Source: Prochlorococcus sp. AG-402-A21 (GTDB taxonomy: Bacteria > Cyanobacteriota > Cyanobacteriia > PCC-6307 > Cyanobiaceae). Taken from it: a stretch of 64,000 nucleotides of DNA. The stretch lies in assembly GCA_003279655.1 (NCBI GenBank), contig QCHI01000003.1:34641-98640 (forward strand), given 5' to 3'. Numbering within the stretch: the first letter of the stretch is position 1; every line of letters starts with the position of its first letter. Below are positions 10,875 through 22,827 of the stretch, piece by piece. The notes under the pieces are model-generated. The model was not told where the DNA came from. It saw only the letters and a list, made by a program, of their open reading frames with translations, and made no database searches. A program made the translations under genes and the position numbers.

Positions 10875-11411
10875 TCATTTTTGATCGTTAATGATAGTTC
10901 GATTGTTGATATCAGTCTTTTCTATCAGAATTGGTTCAGTCGAAATACTATTTATTTTTAAAAGATATTTTTGTTGACTATTAAGTGCTAATATCGATAA
11001 AAGCATAAAGATTAAATATAATAAACTTCCAATCCAACTACTCAGAAAGTCTATATTTATAAAATTAAATTTAAGCCTTGATACATTATTAATACTAACT
11101 TTTTGTGTTAATATAGCATCTAGACTTCCTTTTTCTAAATTGAGCTCAACCTCAAGACATTTCAGCATTGAAGTCAAATAGGTTGACTCTGGTAAATATT
11201 TTTTCCATCCATTTTCAATTGCTATTAATACATTTCTTGAAATTTTGGTCATCTCTGATAATTTCTCTAATGAAATCCCAGCTTTCTTTCTTTGCGTTAT
11301 AAATAAATTAATTGCCTCTGAAAATTCATTATCAATGTCAGGTTTATATTGCGAGCCTGATAAGGCTGACGAGGATTTTTTAAAAGGAAAATTTAAAGCC
11401 ATAAAATGCAA
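10875..11411 (-). CDS. RodZ-like helix-turn-helix membrane protein
   Basis: Cro/C1-type HTH (RKKAGISLEKLSEMTKISRNVLIAIENG) followed by one transmembrane segment. Confidence 0.7.
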   Translation of the reverse strand: MHFMALNFPFKKSSSALSGSQYKPDIDNEFSEAINLFITQRKKAGISLEKLSEMTKISRNVLIAIENGWKKYLPESTYLTSMLKCLEVELNLEKGSLDAILTQKVSINNVSRLKFNFINIDFLSSWIGSLLYLIFMLLSILALNSQQKYLLKINSISTEPILIEKTDINNRTIINDQK

Positions 11412-11417
11412 ATATTT

Positions 11418-12131
11418 TTAATTAAGAATAGGAATCCATTCTTCTTTCTTTAGCTCCCTCCAAGTTCCTTCTTTTAGTCCATTTAATTTTATATTTGATA
11501 TTGCGATTCTTTGCAAATCTTCAACTGGGTGACCAAGAAGAGTTGCTATTCTGCGGATTTGTCGGTTTCTTCCTTCTTTTAGGATCACTTTAAGAAGAGT
11601 CTTGCTATTAACAATATCCATAACTTCTATTTTCGCTGGCATTGTCATTTTGCCATCAAGTAAAATCCCTTTTCTCCAAGTATTTAATATTGATTGACAT
11701 GGTTTCCCACTTACCCAAACAAGATATGTCTTTGTGTGGGAGTACTTCGGATGCGTAAGTCTAAGGGTTAAGTCTCCATTATTGGTCAATATAATGGCAC
11801 CTCTGCTATCGAAATCGAGCCTTCCAACTGGATGTATCCCAAAACGAAGATTTGATGGAATTAAATTTAAAATTGTTTTCCTTCCATGATTATCTTTGCA
11901 GCTAGAAATAACTCCATAAGGTTTATTCAATAGAAAAACTTTATGATTTGGCCTCTTAGGAATATCTTTCCCATCAACTAAAATATGATCAAACTTAGGA
12001 TCTGCTTTCTCTCCCAGAATAGCTTGTCTTCCATTCAATGTTACTCTGCCTTGCTTTATTAGTAAGTCTGCTTTTCGTCTGGATGAAATCCCAGAATCAG
12101 ATATTATCTTTTGTAATCTATTAAGTGACAT
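11418..12131 (-). CDS. rRNA pseudouridine synthase (RsuA/RluB family)
   Basis: S4 domain (RLQKIISDSGISSRRKAD), catalytic GRLDFDSRG, EGRNRQIRR. ATG at 12131 preferred over the track start at 12215. Confidence 0.92.
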   Translation of the reverse strand: MSLNRLQKIISDSGISSRRKADLLIKQGRVTLNGRQAILGEKADPKFDHILVDGKDIPKRPNHKVFLLNKPYGVISSCKDNHGRKTILNLIPSNLRFGIHPVGRLDFDSRGAIILTNNGDLTLRLTHPKYSHTKTYLVWVSGKPCQSILNTWRKGILLDGKMTMPAKIEVMDIVNSKTLLKVILKEGRNRQIRRIATLLGHPVEDLQRIAISNIKLNGLKEGTWRELKKEEWIPILN

Positions 12132-12201
12132 TCTTTCTAGAATATAGTTATTATTTTGAGATTTGGCTTGATTTGAAAAAGAACTACAGATAATATTTCT
12201 T

Positions 12202-12660
12202 TTAGAAAAAATCATCTATTTCTTTGACTGTTCCTTCTTTTACTTGAATTAATAAATCTTTTATGGCTTTCCACATACTTATGCCAAAAAGAATCGAGAT
12301 TATTGATGAAAACACTAGAGATTTAATTATAGAAAAATTTATTATGCTTAAGGCACTTACGAAAATAATTGTTAGACCTGTAAAGAATGAAAACCAACTT
12401 GATATCGTTCTGGGATTCTCAAGTGGTATGGGTGATATTTGTTTCGTTTCCCAATTATTTAGTTTTGTTTTCATTATGTCTGCAAATATCAATCCAGACA
12501 TAAAACAAATAAATGCACCACAAGAAAGCCAGAATATAGGATCTTCAATTGGCTTTACTTGTGGATAATCAGAAATTAATTCATCTAAATTTTGTATATT
12601 TGTATTCTCTAGATTAGCCGAAATAAATATGATTATATTTTGAATATTGTTATTAATCAT
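12202..12660 (-). CDS. hypothetical multi-pass membrane protein
   Basis: About three hydrophobic segments; co-oriented between the ABC1 kinase and the pseudouridine synthase. Confidence 0.65.
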   Translation of the reverse strand: MINNNIQNIIIFISANLENTNIQNLDELISDYPQVKPIEDPIFWLSCGAFICFMSGLIFADIMKTKLNNWETKQISPIPLENPRTISSWFSFFTGLTIIFVSALSIINFSIIKSLVFSSIISILFGISMWKAIKDLLIQVKEGTVKEIDDFF

Positions 12661-12705
12661 GATTTCAATTTTTTGCTATTATCTATTGTATTTTATAAGA
12701 ATCAT

Positions 12706-14352
12706 CTATGCAACTTGTGTATTGTTTTGTTTTGTCAGCCCTGAGGCTATCTTTAGAGGGTTGAATGTTTTTCGTACTAGTTTGATTAATTGCTTCATAT
12801 CTTTTGTGTCTATTTTTTCATCTTTAATAATACTCATTAATAAGTTATTCCTTATTAATGAGCCTCTTGAGCTGGTTAAGAGTTTAAGACCTGCACCTGC
12901 TACAGGAATTAGCTCCTTAGCTGGAGTGCTTGAGTCTTGCACTAAAACATTAAATAAATTCTCTATTCGCTCAACTCTTATGTGCCCATTTTGATCAAAT
13001 ATCACATCAAGTAATATATTTACCATCTCAGTGGTATCTGAAGTAAGTAATCTTTTTGCTACATAAGGATAGGCTAAATCTATGATTTTAAAATCAGGAT
13101 CTAATCGAAGTGCAAGTCCCTCTTGGCTAATCACTGCTCTTATTATCAAAGCAAATCTTGCAGGGACTCTAAACGGGTAATCAAACATTAATTCGGAGAA
13201 TTTATTAGTAATTTCCTTGAAATTAAAAGATGCAACATCTTTACCAATTGCACTTCCGAGTACTTCCTTTAATACAGGTATTAGAGGTTTAAGATTTTGA
13301 TCTTTGTTTAAAAAACCTAACTTTTGAAAATCTTTTGCTACTGAATCAAAATCATTATTTATTAAGTGAACAATAGCCCCAGTAAGGGTTAATCTATCAT
13401 CCTCTGAAATCGAGTCCATCATTCCGAAATCAACGTAGGCTATTTTCCCTAAATCGCCATTAGTACCTTTAAGTGCAAACATATTTCCTGGATGAGGATC
13501 TGCATGAAAATATCCAAACTCTAATAATTGCTGTATTCCACTAATAACACCAGTTCTAATAATTTTTGATGGATTTAAATTATTTAGAACTAATTCATTT
13601 CTATCTTTTAATTTTGTGCCATCAATCCAGCTTGTGGTTAGTACCTTCAATGATGATAAATGTCTTTCTACTTTTGGAATTGTTACAGACTGATTGTTGT
13701 GGAAAAGGGCAGAAAATTTTTCAGCATTATTGGCTTCTTTTTTATAATCAACTTCATCAAATAAACTTCTTCCAAACTCATCTATTATTTCACCTAATCC
13801 AAATCCAAGATTTAATGGAAGTATTGGCGCACTAAGTACACCAAGTATTTTGATAATTACAATATCTCTTCTTATATTAAAAATTAGAAGAGGCCTCTGA
13901 ACTTTTACAGCTACCCAATAATTGCTAGTTAGCCTTGCTTTATAAACTTGTCCAAGACTTGCTGAGGCTATGGGTTGGCGAGGAAACTCTTCAAAAAGTT
14001 CTTTTGGTGGCCTTCCTAGCTCACTTTCAATTATTTCAAGTGCTTTTTCATGAGGAAATGATGGTAAGTTATCTTGTAAATTTGTTAATTCTTCTAGCCA
14101 ATCTTTTCTTATCAGATCTGGCCTTGTTGAAAGAGCTTGACCCACTTTTATAAAACAGGGGCCAAGACCAACAAGTGTCTTAAGTAAAAATTTAGCTAGA
14201 TTCTTTTGAATCTTGTCGTCATTACTTGAACCTTGAAAAATAAGTCTTGCTAATAGAAGTGAAATTGCACCAACTATTTGAATAAATCTAGGCAGTAATA
14301 TCCAAGGCCTCGAAAGTAACCAGATTAAATCTCTTTTGAAATCGTATTTCAT
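12706..14352 (-). CDS. ABC1/UbiB (AarF-like) atypical kinase
   Basis: GPCFIKVGQALSTRPD, ASASLGQVY, VAVKVQRP, FHADPHPGN, YVDFGMM. Confidence 0.93.
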   Translation of the reverse strand: MKYDFKRDLIWLLSRPWILLPRFIQIVGAISLLLARLIFQGSSNDDKIQKNLAKFLLKTLVGLGPCFIKVGQALSTRPDLIRKDWLEELTNLQDNLPSFPHEKALEIIESELGRPPKELFEEFPRQPIASASLGQVYKARLTSNYWVAVKVQRPLLIFNIRRDIVIIKILGVLSAPILPLNLGFGLGEIIDEFGRSLFDEVDYKKEANNAEKFSALFHNNQSVTIPKVERHLSSLKVLTTSWIDGTKLKDRNELVLNNLNPSKIIRTGVISGIQQLLEFGYFHADPHPGNMFALKGTNGDLGKIAYVDFGMMDSISEDDRLTLTGAIVHLINNDFDSVAKDFQKLGFLNKDQNLKPLIPVLKEVLGSAIGKDVASFNFKEITNKFSELMFDYPFRVPARFALIIRAVISQEGLALRLDPDFKIIDLAYPYVAKRLLTSDTTEMVNILLDVIFDQNGHIRVERIENLFNVLVQDSSTPAKELIPVAGAGLKLLTSSRGSLIRNNLLMSIIKDEKIDTKDMKQLIKLVRKTFNPLKIASGLTKQNNTQVA

Positions 14353-14451
14353 AAATTCATCATAAGTTCTTTTAGCTACCCCTCTAAGAAGTTCTTTTGA
14401 TTTGCTTACTGATTATTTAATTACATTGATTTTAGGTAAACCTTTTATTCT

Positions 14452-15846
14452 ATGGGGCTTTTAAATTTGCTTTCTGCTGATAGAAGCGAAAATCTCTTCC
14501 TGCCAGCCCATGGAAGAGGTGGTGCTCTCCCCAAAAATATAAGAAAATTACTGAAGCTAAGACCAGGTGTTTGGGATTTACCTGAGCTTTTTGAGATTGG
14601 TGGACCGTTGATTAGTGAAGGAGCAATAGCAGAAAGTCAGAATTCCTCTGCTATGCAAGTAGGCGTTGATAGATGTTGGTATGGAGTCAACGGTGCAACG
14701 GGTTTGCTTCAAAGTTCATTGCTTGCTCTAGCTAGGCCTGGTCAAGCTGTTCTCATGCCCAGGAATGTACATAAAAGCTGTATTCAAGCATGCTTGTTTG
14801 GAGGGCTAATACCACTACTTTTTGATGTCCCCTACTTTACTGATCGAGGACATGCCTCCGTCTTTGATAGGAAATGGCTTCAGAGGGTTTTTAGAAAAGC
14901 AAAACAACTTGATGAGGACATAGCAGCGGTGGTTTTAGTTAACCCCACATATCAAGGTTATTCAGCAGATATGGAATCTCTTATCAATGAGATTCATGCT
15001 CATTCTTTGCCAGTATTAGTGGATGAGGCTCATGGTGCTTACCTAATAAGTCAAATAAGAGCCGATTTGCCTAGATCGGCTATCTATTTCGGTGCAGATC
15101 TTGTCGTTCACTCTCTCCATAAATCTGCATCTGGATTAGTTCAATCCGCAGTTTTATGGTCTCAAGGTAACAAGGTTGATCCATTGAAAATCGAGCGAAG
15201 TATTGATTTGCTTCAAACTTCAAGTCCGAGTTCTTTATTACTAGCTTCTTGTGAAGGCTCAATAAAGGAACTTTTTGAATCGAAATGGCTAAAGAAATTG
15301 AATTCCCGAATAGAAGAAGCTGAATTGTTGAGAGATTTTTTGATTAATAAAGAAGTCCCCCTTCTTCAAAATAGTGATCCACTAAGAATTATTCTTCACA
15401 CATCAAAATTTGGCTTGAGTGGTATTGAAGTTGATAAAAGATTTATAAAGAAAAGAATAATTGGTGAATTAGCTGAGCCAGGAACACTAACTTTTTGTCT
15501 TGGATTCTCATCTCACAAGAGATTGGGAAAAAGATTTGTAAGAATTTGGAATGAAATCCTTACATCTTTTGGCCAACAAAAACCTTGCTTATTTAAAAGA
15601 CCACCTTTCAGTATCGTTTCTAAACCATACAAGCCATGTTCTTATTCTTGGGCATCGAATTTTGAGAAAGTGAATCTGCAGGATGCAATAGGAAGAATTT
15701 CTGTTGAGATGGTTTGTCCTTATCCTCCTGGGATACCTTTATTGATTCCTGGTGAGATTTTGGATCAATCTCGTGTTGATTGGTTGATAGAACAAAAATA
15801 CTTTTGGCCAGATCAAATTCCTGATTTTGTAAGAGTTATTTCATGA
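14452..15846 (+). CDS. Orn/Lys/Arg decarboxylase family PLP enzyme
   Basis: PAHGRG, RNVHKS, VDEAHGA, PLP-lysine motif HSLHKS, C-terminal PYPPGIP. Confidence 0.9.
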   Translation: MGLLNLLSADRSENLFLPAHGRGGALPKNIRKLLKLRPGVWDLPELFEIGGPLISEGAIAESQNSSAMQVGVDRCWYGVNGATGLLQSSLLALARPGQAVLMPRNVHKSCIQACLFGGLIPLLFDVPYFTDRGHASVFDRKWLQRVFRKAKQLDEDIAAVVLVNPTYQGYSADMESLINEIHAHSLPVLVDEAHGAYLISQIRADLPRSAIYFGADLVVHSLHKSASGLVQSAVLWSQGNKVDPLKIERSIDLLQTSSPSSLLLASCEGSIKELFESKWLKKLNSRIEEAELLRDFLINKEVPLLQNSDPLRIILHTSKFGLSGIEVDKRFIKKRIIGELAEPGTLTFCLGFSSHKRLGKRFVRIWNEILTSFGQQKPCLFKRPPFSIVSKPYKPCSYSWASNFEKVNLQDAIGRISVEMVCPYPPGIPLLIPGEILDQSRVDWLIEQKYFWPDQIPDFVRVIS

Positions 15847-15933
15847 TTAATAATTTCTACTTATCAGCTATAGTGATATTTATTATTAATAGCACCTTTT
15901 AAATATGTTTTATAAAAGAAAGCTATATTTTTT

Positions 15934-16833
15934 TTGTCAGATTTAATGTTCTTAGCTGTTTCAAAAAAGAGATTATTTAGCGGACTTTTAGTTGGAGCTT
16001 TTGGCTTTTTGATAGTCTCTCTTGGCAATTGGTGGTTTTCTATTGCAATAAGTTTAATTGTTCATTTGGCTCTTCTAGAGTTCTTTCGTATGGCAGAATT
16101 TACTGGGATAAGACCAGCTACTAAGACAACATTGTTAGCCTGTCAAATATTACTTTTCTTCACGCAATTATCTTCTTGTGGATATATCTCTATTGAAATT
16201 TCAGATGCAATCTTACCATTATCTGGTGCAGCTATTTGTGGTTGGTTACTGCTGCAACCTGTTACTGGATCCATAGCGGATGTTGCAGCATCAATTTTTG
16301 GATTATTTTATTTAGGCTTCTTGCCCAGTCATTGGATTAAATTAAGAAATCTTTTAGAAACTGATTTAACTCATAATGTTAACTTGATTCCCACTGATTG
16401 GCCATCATCTATTACTTTTGGAATGCTGATCACTTTCTCTACATGTTTTATGATAGTTGGATTTGATATAGGCTCTTATTTTGTAGGTAAGAAGTTTGGT
16501 AATCACTCGTTATCACCAATTTCACCTTCTAAAACAATTGAAGGTGTTATTGGTGGATTATTTTTTTCAATATTAATTGGAGCCTCTTGTGGATATTTAC
16601 TTAGATGGGAATTTGGAATATTTATTGGAATATTTATTGGTGTTTTAGTAGCATTGTTCTCTCTTGTTGGAGATCTTACAGAATCGATGTTGAAGAGGAA
16701 TGCAGGATTAAAAGATTCAGGTAATTTTTTACCTGGTCATGGAGGGATCCTTGACAGAATAGATAGTTATTTATTTACACCAGCTATTGTATTTTATATA
16801 GTAATATTATTATCACCATTAATTAGTTCCTAA
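15934..16833 (+). CDS. cdsA: phosphatidate cytidylyltransferase
   Basis: SPSKTIEG and [19 protein letters not shown] signature; multi-pass membrane protein. Confidence 0.95.
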   Translation: MSDLMFLAVSKKRLFSGLLVGAFGFLIVSLGNWWFSIAISLIVHLALLEFFRMAEFTGIRPATKTTLLACQILLFFTQLSSCGYISIEISDAILPLSGAAICGWLLLQPVTGSIADVAASIFGLFYLGFLPSHWIKLRNLLETDLTHNVNLIPTDWPSSITFGMLITFSTCFMIVGFDIGSYFVGKKFGNHSLSPISPSKTIEGVIGGLFFSILIGASCGYLLRWEFGIFIGIFIGVLVALFSLVGDLTESMLKRNAGLKDSGNFLPGHGGILDRIDSYLFTPAIVFYIVILLSPLISS

Positions 16834-16838
16834 ATTAA

Positions 16839-17471
16839 TCAAAAACTAATATAGGAATTTGCAAAAACATTAAGTAAATTATTCTCTATAGTTAAATTTT
16901 TAATATATATTTTATCTTCAACCGGGATCTGCATGATCTTACTGATGGTTTTATTTTCCAAGTAGACTTTACCTTTTTCTGTTTTAATATTAATCTTTTT
17001 CAATTGATCAATATTTAGGTCTTTTTTAAAAGCTTTTAGTAATAATTCATTATTACTAATTCTTATATCTTCTATTTCTTCTTGGTTTAATATTTCGTTG
17101 CTAATCATATTTCTGATCCAATTCCAATTGTTAGATAATAAAACTGTATTGAGTGAGTTTTGAGAAAAAGAAAGTTTGAAGTTTATTATCGGATTGTTTA
17201 TAAAGTATAATTCTTTGTTTTTTAGTTTGAAATTGAGTTTAAGATCATTTGCTTCTAACTTAACTTCATCGAATAAAAGATCTTTATAGTTTATATTTTC
17301 AGCAAGGACGTTGATTTTTCGTATTTCACCTTTAATGATTTGAGTAGAGCTAGAGATAATATCTATTTTAAGGTTGCTAATTTTCTTACACTCTTTTATG
17401 AGTAAAACCCTTATACCTTGCTCTAACAATTTAGCAAGAATTCCTTTCTCTTTATTCCGTTTGACTAACAT
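16839..17471 (-). CDS. hypothetical protein (possibly DUF2993/LmeA-like)
   Basis: Long ORF in an operon-like run; ATG at 17471 overlaps the upstream gene end. Family guess from general pattern only. Confidence 0.5.
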   Translation of the reverse strand: MLVKRNKEKGILAKLLEQGIRVLLIKECKKISNLKIDIISSSTQIIKGEIRKINVLAENINYKDLLFDEVKLEANDLKLNFKLKNKELYFINNPIINFKLSFSQNSLNTVLLSNNWNWIRNMISNEILNQEEIEDIRISNNELLLKAFKKDLNIDQLKKINIKTEKGKVYLENKTISKIMQIPVEDKIYIKNLTIENNLLNVFANSYISF

Positions 17472-18382
17472 TTTTTGCTTGTAAGTTTTTCCCAAGCCTC
17501 AGCGACTAATTTTGGTTCTTCCAAATGTGGAAGATGTCCTGAATTTTTTGCTATTTCTATGTTGGTGTTATAGATCCTTTTTGTTTCTTCCTTTTCATTC
17601 TTAGGAATAATTCGGTCATATTTTCCTAAAATAATTTTGAGGGCTTGAGTAGGTTTTGGTAGTCCGCAATCAGATACCCCTCCATTTGCCGCGAAAGCTG
17701 CTAAGGATGATTCCCAACCAGGAACTTTTAAATGTATGGAGGCGATTTGTTCTTCTGCAGGACCAACATTATTTCTTGGATCGGCAAATGCCTGCTTACA
17801 CAATCCCCTACGGACAAAAGGTTGACTAAGGAAAAAGGCTCCAAAATGATTAAAGGGCCATGGAATCTTTGGGTTTTTACCTGCTAAACCTGCTGGTGAT
17901 AAAAGCAGTAAGTTCTTGACCTTCTTCGGGTTTTGTCTTGCGAGTTCTAGCGCTAAGGCTCCTCCCATTGAGGCACCTATTACTCCTATAGGTTGATTTC
18001 TTGAGAAATAGTTCAAAACAGAATTCAAATGCTTCATTAAATATTTAAATCCATATTTGCTTCCACTAGTTCTAGGACAAAAACCAAATCCATATAGATC
18101 TGGAATGATTAATTTATTTTTCTTTTTTAGAAAAGGGACGAGACGTCTATATTCAAGGAAGCAGCTATCAAAACCATGTATGAGAAGAATTTGCTCTCCT
18201 TTACCTGTTAACACTGTTGGAAATAAATCAGATTTATTTGGTGAAATATCCTCTAGTTGTATCCAATTAAGATCTTGAAAAAGTTTACTTGCTTGTTTGT
18301 CAATAATTTGACCTCGTATCTCATTGATATAGGCCTTTGTAGCATTTGTTTTATCTATATTCTTATTTATTTCTTGATTCAA
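17465..18382 (-). CDS. alpha/beta-fold hydrolase
   Basis: LLIHGFDS, PDLYGFG, nucleophile elbow GASMGG, GHLPHLE. Confidence 0.9.
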   Translation of the reverse strand: MNQEINKNIDKTNATKAYINEIRGQIIDKQASKLFQDLNWIQLEDISPNKSDLFPTVLTGKGEQILLIHGFDSCFLEYRRLVPFLKKKNKLIIPDLYGFGFCPRTSGSKYGFKYLMKHLNSVLNYFSRNQPIGVIGASMGGALALELARQNPKKVKNLLLLSPAGLAGKNPKIPWPFNHFGAFFLSQPFVRRGLCKQAFADPRNNVGPAEEQIASIHLKVPGWESSLAAFAANGGVSDCGLPKPTQALKIILGKYDRIIPKNEKEETKRIYNTNIEIAKNSGHLPHLEEPKLVAEAWEKLTSKKC

Positions 18383-18387
18383 TGCTC

Positions 18388-19506
18388 TTAAAAATTATTT
18401 ATTCTTATTTTGGAACTTGTAGACGAGTATCGAAAACTTTGAATTGCATCGAAAAGCTCTTTTTCATTTATGGGAAAGGGTAATTGATGTATATCAGAGT
18501 TAGCATTACATGCGAATTTACAGGCTTTATGTAGTTCATTAGAGGTCATATTCCTTGGGCAAATAGAATCAATTGAAACAGGAAGATTTAGTTCAGAGAA
18601 GAAATTTATAAGTTGAGACTTGGCTTGTTTTGGTAATTGACTTTTTGAGTTTCTCTCTTCTAGATGTAACTGTACTAGCAAACCAAATCCTACAAGTTCT
18701 CCATGAAGTGGTTTTTTCGTATAAGCAATTTGTGTTAATCCATTGTGTATCGGATGAGCTGCAGCAGTTCTGCATCTTGCACCCCCAAGACCTCCAATTA
18801 TTCCAGCAGTAAGAGCACATCCTTCTGCAACAGTTTCCCAGGATTTGCTTAGTGGGTCTGAGAACGCCTTATAGCCATTTAAAAATAATTGATCTCGTAA
18901 AACCCTAGCCATCTGAACTGCTTGTTGCACAAAACCATCTTGGCTTGTACTGCTTGTTAAGGATGACTCATACCATTTTGCGACAGCATCTGCTATGCCG
19001 CTAGCGAGTGTTCTTGGTGGGGCGTCTCTAACGATTGAGTGATCAAATATCAATAAGTTTGGACATCTACTTAACGTTACATCTTTTAGAAATTTGCCAT
19101 CGGGGGTATATATATTCGATAAAGAAGTCCATCCGGCACATGTGGAAGCGCTTAATGGCACAGTAATGCAATTGATGCCAAGTAGATCAGCAATTAATTT
19201 TCCTGCATCAAGTACTTTGCCACCTCCAGCCGCAATAATCCCATCGCAGTTGTTGTTTTTTGAGATTAAATATGCGTTTTGGATATCTAATTCACAACAA
19301 TCATGATCTAATTCGAAAGAGACTGATTGAATACCTTTTAAAAAAAGATCTTTTTTGAATGTGGATCGTATTATTTTTGTGGAGCTACTTCTGCCAACAA
19401 TTAATGGTTTTTTGCATAATTTAGTTATTAAATCCAACGATTTATTCCATGCTCCTTTTCCCCTGACGACCTTTGAAGGTGAAATGCAGTGAATATTAAT
19501 AGACAT
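18388..19506 (-). CDS. gldA: glycerol dehydrogenase-like iron-containing alcohol dehydrogenase
   Basis: GGGKVLDAGK, ASTCAGW, GIADAVAKWYE, AHPIHNGLT, HGELV. Confidence 0.85.
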   Translation of the reverse strand: MSINIHCISPSKVVRGKGAWNKSLDLITKLCKKPLIVGRSSSTKIIRSTFKKDLFLKGIQSVSFELDHDCCELDIQNAYLISKNNNCDGIIAAGGGKVLDAGKLIADLLGINCITVPLSASTCAGWTSLSNIYTPDGKFLKDVTLSRCPNLLIFDHSIVRDAPPRTLASGIADAVAKWYESSLTSSTSQDGFVQQAVQMARVLRDQLFLNGYKAFSDPLSKSWETVAEGCALTAGIIGGLGGARCRTAAAHPIHNGLTQIAYTKKPLHGELVGFGLLVQLHLEERNSKSQLPKQAKSQLINFFSELNLPVSIDSICPRNMTSNELHKACKFACNANSDIHQLPFPINEKELFDAIQSFRYSSTSSKIRINNF

Positions 19507-19525
19507 TAAACTGATTTATTAAAAG

Positions 19526-22093
19526 TTAAATAGCTGCACTTGCTAATTCTGGAGTGGAACTATCTTTGCCAAGATGTTTGACAATTACTTTTTTACTTTC
19601 ATCAATATCAACCTCGGCTTTGTCTCCATCTTTTATCCTTCCAGATAAAACTTCTTCAGCAAGGCTATCTTCCAATAACCTCATGACAGCTCTTCTTAAG
19701 GGGCGTGCACCATATGAGGGATTGTATCCTTCTTCTACTAATCTTTCTTTAAAATCATCTGACACAGTTAATGATATTCCTTTCTCTTTTATTCTCAGGA
19801 ATACTTCTTTTAACATTATTTCGGCGATGTCTTTTACTTCGTTCCTAGATAGTTGTCTGAATACAATTATTTCGTCTAGTCTATTAAGAAATTCAGGGCG
19901 GAAATATTGCTTTAGTTCTTCATTTACTAATGATTTAATTCGATTGTATTGAGTATCTTCTAAATTCTCTCCTGAGAATTCAAATCCTAATCCGCCGCCA
20001 CCTTTTTCTATAACTTTAGATCCAATATTAGAAGTCATTATTATTAAAGTGTTTTTAAAATCAACAGTTCTACCTTTTGAATCGGTTAGCCTCCCTTCCT
20101 CTAGTAATTGAAGGAGAAGATTAAATACATCTGGGTGAGCTTTTTCTATTTCATCGAACAAAACGACAGTGTATGGTCTTCTTCTTACGGCTTCTGTTAG
20201 TTGTCCACCTTCATTAAAACCTACGTATCCAGGAGGAGAACCTATCAATTTACTAACAGTATGTCTCTCCATGAATTCAGACATATCTAAGCGAATCATG
20301 GCTTCTTCACTACCGAAGAAATAGGCCGCTAATGCTTTTGTAAGTTCAGTTTTACCGACTCCTGTTGGACCAGAAAAAATAAAACTAGCAATTGGTCTAT
20401 TTGGATTCTTAAGACCAACTCTTGCTCTTCTAATTGCTTTTGAAACAGATTTTACAGCTTCATCTTGTCCAATCAGTCTTTGATGCAATGTTTCTTCCAT
20501 ATTAAGAAGTTTGACTGACTCACTTTCAGTTAATTTCTGGACAGGAACGCCGGTCCATGAAGCAACAATATGTGCAATATCTTCTTCATTAACTATTGGT
20601 TGAGAAACTTTTAATTCATCAGGTTGAGCAACAACTTGGACAGAAGTCTCACTACTTTTATCTGAATTATTATTTGGATCTGGATTTTCATTTGATGTGG
20701 TTTTTTGTCTTATATTCTGCAAAAGATTTCTAATTTTATCTCTTAGTTCAACTTCTTTTTCTCTAAGTTCTCCAGCTTGAGTGAAGTTTTGATTTCTTAC
20801 TGCCTCTTCTTTACTCTTTTGTACTTTTCTTAATTCTTTATCAACTTCTTTCGCTTCTGGAGGCAATTTGGAGTTGAGTAATCTGACCCTGCTCCCGGCT
20901 TCGTCGATTAGGTCTATAGCTTTATCAGGTAAAAAACGATCCGAGATATACCTATCTCCAAGATTTGCAGCAGCGTCAAGAGCTTCGTCCGTAATCTTGA
21001 GTCTGTGATGTTGCTCATATCTTTCTCTTAATCCTTTAAGGATTTCGATTGTATCTTTGATTGAAGGTTCTCCAATCATTACAGGTTGGAATCTTCGCTC
21101 TAATGCAGCATCTCTTTCAATATGCTTGCGATACTCGTCAAGCGTTGTAGCTCCAATACATTGAAGTTCTCCTCTAGCTAACGCAGGTTTTAGTATATTT
21201 GCAGCGTCAATTGCCCCCTCAGCAGCACCCGCTCCGATTAGGGTATGAACTTCATCAATAACTAAAATTACGTTTCCTGCAGATTTTATTTCTTCCATTA
21301 TTTTTTTTAATCTTTCTTCGAATTCGCCTCTATATTTCGTTCCAGCCACTAGTAACCCTATATCAAGAGTTAAGACTCTTTTTTCTTCAAGTATGTCAGG
21401 AATATTTCCTTGTTGAATTCTCTGAGCAAGTCCTTCAGCTATTGCAGTTTTTCCGACTCCTGGCTCACCTATTAAAACGGGGTTATTTTTAGTTCTTCTT
21501 CCAAGTATTTGAATTACACGGTCAATTTCTGAATGTCTTCCCACTACTGGGTCAAGCTTTGATTCACTTGCTAGTTGAGTAAGGTTGGTTCCGAATTCGT
21601 CAAGTGTTGCCGTTTTCGCTGATCCTTTAGAAGAACCTGAGCCTGTTGTAACTTCTGCAGTTTCTCCTAGCATTCTGACAACTTGTGTTCTAACTTTTGT
21701 TAGATCAACTCCTAAATTCTCAAGAACTCTTGCAGCGACTCCTTCTCCTTCTCTAATAAGTCCAAGTAAAAGATGTTCGGTTCCAATGTAATTGTGACCA
21801 AGTTGACGGGCTTCTTCTAATGAAAGTTCAAGTACTCTCTTGGCTCTTGGTGTGAAAGGAATTTCTACAGCAACGAATCCAGAACCTCTTCCTATTATTT
21901 TTTCAACTTCTACCCGTGAATCTTTTAGGTTAACCCCCATGGATTTAAGAACTTTCGCGGCCACACCTGTTCCTTCTCCTATAAGCCCCAGAAGAATTTG
22001 TTCTGTTCCAACAAAATTATGCCCAAGGCGCCTTGCCTCTTCTTGAGCAAGCATGATCACTTTTATAGCCTTTTCTGTAAACCTCTCAAACAT
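19526..22093 (-). CDS. clpC: ATP-dependent Clp protease ATP-binding subunit ClpC
   Basis: Clp N-domain repeats, two Walker A motifs ([16 protein letters not shown]), UVR coiled coil, [13 protein letters not shown]. Confidence 0.98.
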   Translation of the reverse strand: MFERFTEKAIKVIMLAQEEARRLGHNFVGTEQILLGLIGEGTGVAAKVLKSMGVNLKDSRVEVEKIIGRGSGFVAVEIPFTPRAKRVLELSLEEARQLGHNYIGTEHLLLGLIREGEGVAARVLENLGVDLTKVRTQVVRMLGETAEVTTGSGSSKGSAKTATLDEFGTNLTQLASESKLDPVVGRHSEIDRVIQILGRRTKNNPVLIGEPGVGKTAIAEGLAQRIQQGNIPDILEEKRVLTLDIGLLVAGTKYRGEFEERLKKIMEEIKSAGNVILVIDEVHTLIGAGAAEGAIDAANILKPALARGELQCIGATTLDEYRKHIERDAALERRFQPVMIGEPSIKDTIEILKGLRERYEQHHRLKITDEALDAAANLGDRYISDRFLPDKAIDLIDEAGSRVRLLNSKLPPEAKEVDKELRKVQKSKEEAVRNQNFTQAGELREKEVELRDKIRNLLQNIRQKTTSNENPDPNNNSDKSSETSVQVVAQPDELKVSQPIVNEEDIAHIVASWTGVPVQKLTESESVKLLNMEETLHQRLIGQDEAVKSVSKAIRRARVGLKNPNRPIASFIFSGPTGVGKTELTKALAAYFFGSEEAMIRLDMSEFMERHTVSKLIGSPPGYVGFNEGGQLTEAVRRRPYTVVLFDEIEKAHPDVFNLLLQLLEEGRLTDSKGRTVDFKNTLIIMTSNIGSKVIEKGGGGLGFEFSGENLEDTQYNRIKSLVNEELKQYFRPEFLNRLDEIIVFRQLSRNEVKDIAEIMLKEVFLRIKEKGISLTVSDDFKERLVEEGYNPSYGARPLRRAVMRLLEDSLAEEVLSGRIKDGDKAEVDIDESKKVIVKHLGKDSSTPELASAAI

Positions 22094-22281
22094 TTAGCTT
22101 TTGCCCTTAACTATTTACCTAATTTATCAGGGTTAAGTGTGAAATGTGTACGGTTAAGTTTTTTTTTATAAAGGATAAATATTAAGTGTTTGTTGAAAAA
22201 TAATTAAAAGTATTAATTGATGCAAAGAACCATCTATTGATTTGTTTTTAGATTTCGGTAAACCGTACTTAATTATTGATT

Positions 22282-22737
22282 TTATGATTTGTTATTGGTT
22301 TCTTTTTTGAGAAGAAGAGCATTACTTCCATCTTTGTAGAAATTAGCTCTATTGCCTACTGTTTTGAAGCCCATATAATTGTAAAAAGCTTTACCTGACT
22401 CATTATTGTCTTTGACTTCTAAATATATAAAATTTGTTTGAAGTGATTCTGAACGTTTGATTAAGTCTGACAAGAGAAGTTTTCCTAGCCCTTTCCTTTG
22501 ATGTATTGGGTCAACGGCAATAAATGTTATGTGTAATTCGTCTATTACTAAATAAGAGGAACATAAGCCTAAAAGTTTTTTAGTTTCCAACTCTCTAATG
22601 CCTAGACAAATTTTTTTAGAATCAGTGAGTTCCTTTTTCCATTGAGATTTTGACCAAAGACCATTTAATGATTTTTGGTCCAGATCAACGCAATCATTTA
22701 AATGCATTATCCCAAGTTGAATTATTTTGAGATTCAT
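22282..22737 (-). CDS. rimI: ribosomal-protein-alanine N-acetyltransferase (GNAT)
   Basis: ELHITFIAV, HQRKGLG acetyl-CoA motif, YLEV, FYNYMGF...R..FY. Confidence 0.88.
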   Translation of the reverse strand: MNLKIIQLGIMHLNDCVDLDQKSLNGLWSKSQWKKELTDSKKICLGIRELETKKLLGLCSSYLVIDELHITFIAVDPIHQRKGLGKLLLSDLIKRSESLQTNFIYLEVKDNNESGKAFYNYMGFKTVGNRANFYKDGSNALLLKKETNNKS

Positions 22738-22827
22738 ATCTAACTATTAATTAATCCCTATTTCTTTAAAAAGAATACTAATCGGTTGATTGATCTCTAG
22801 ATTGGATAAATAAATTAAAGAATTTCT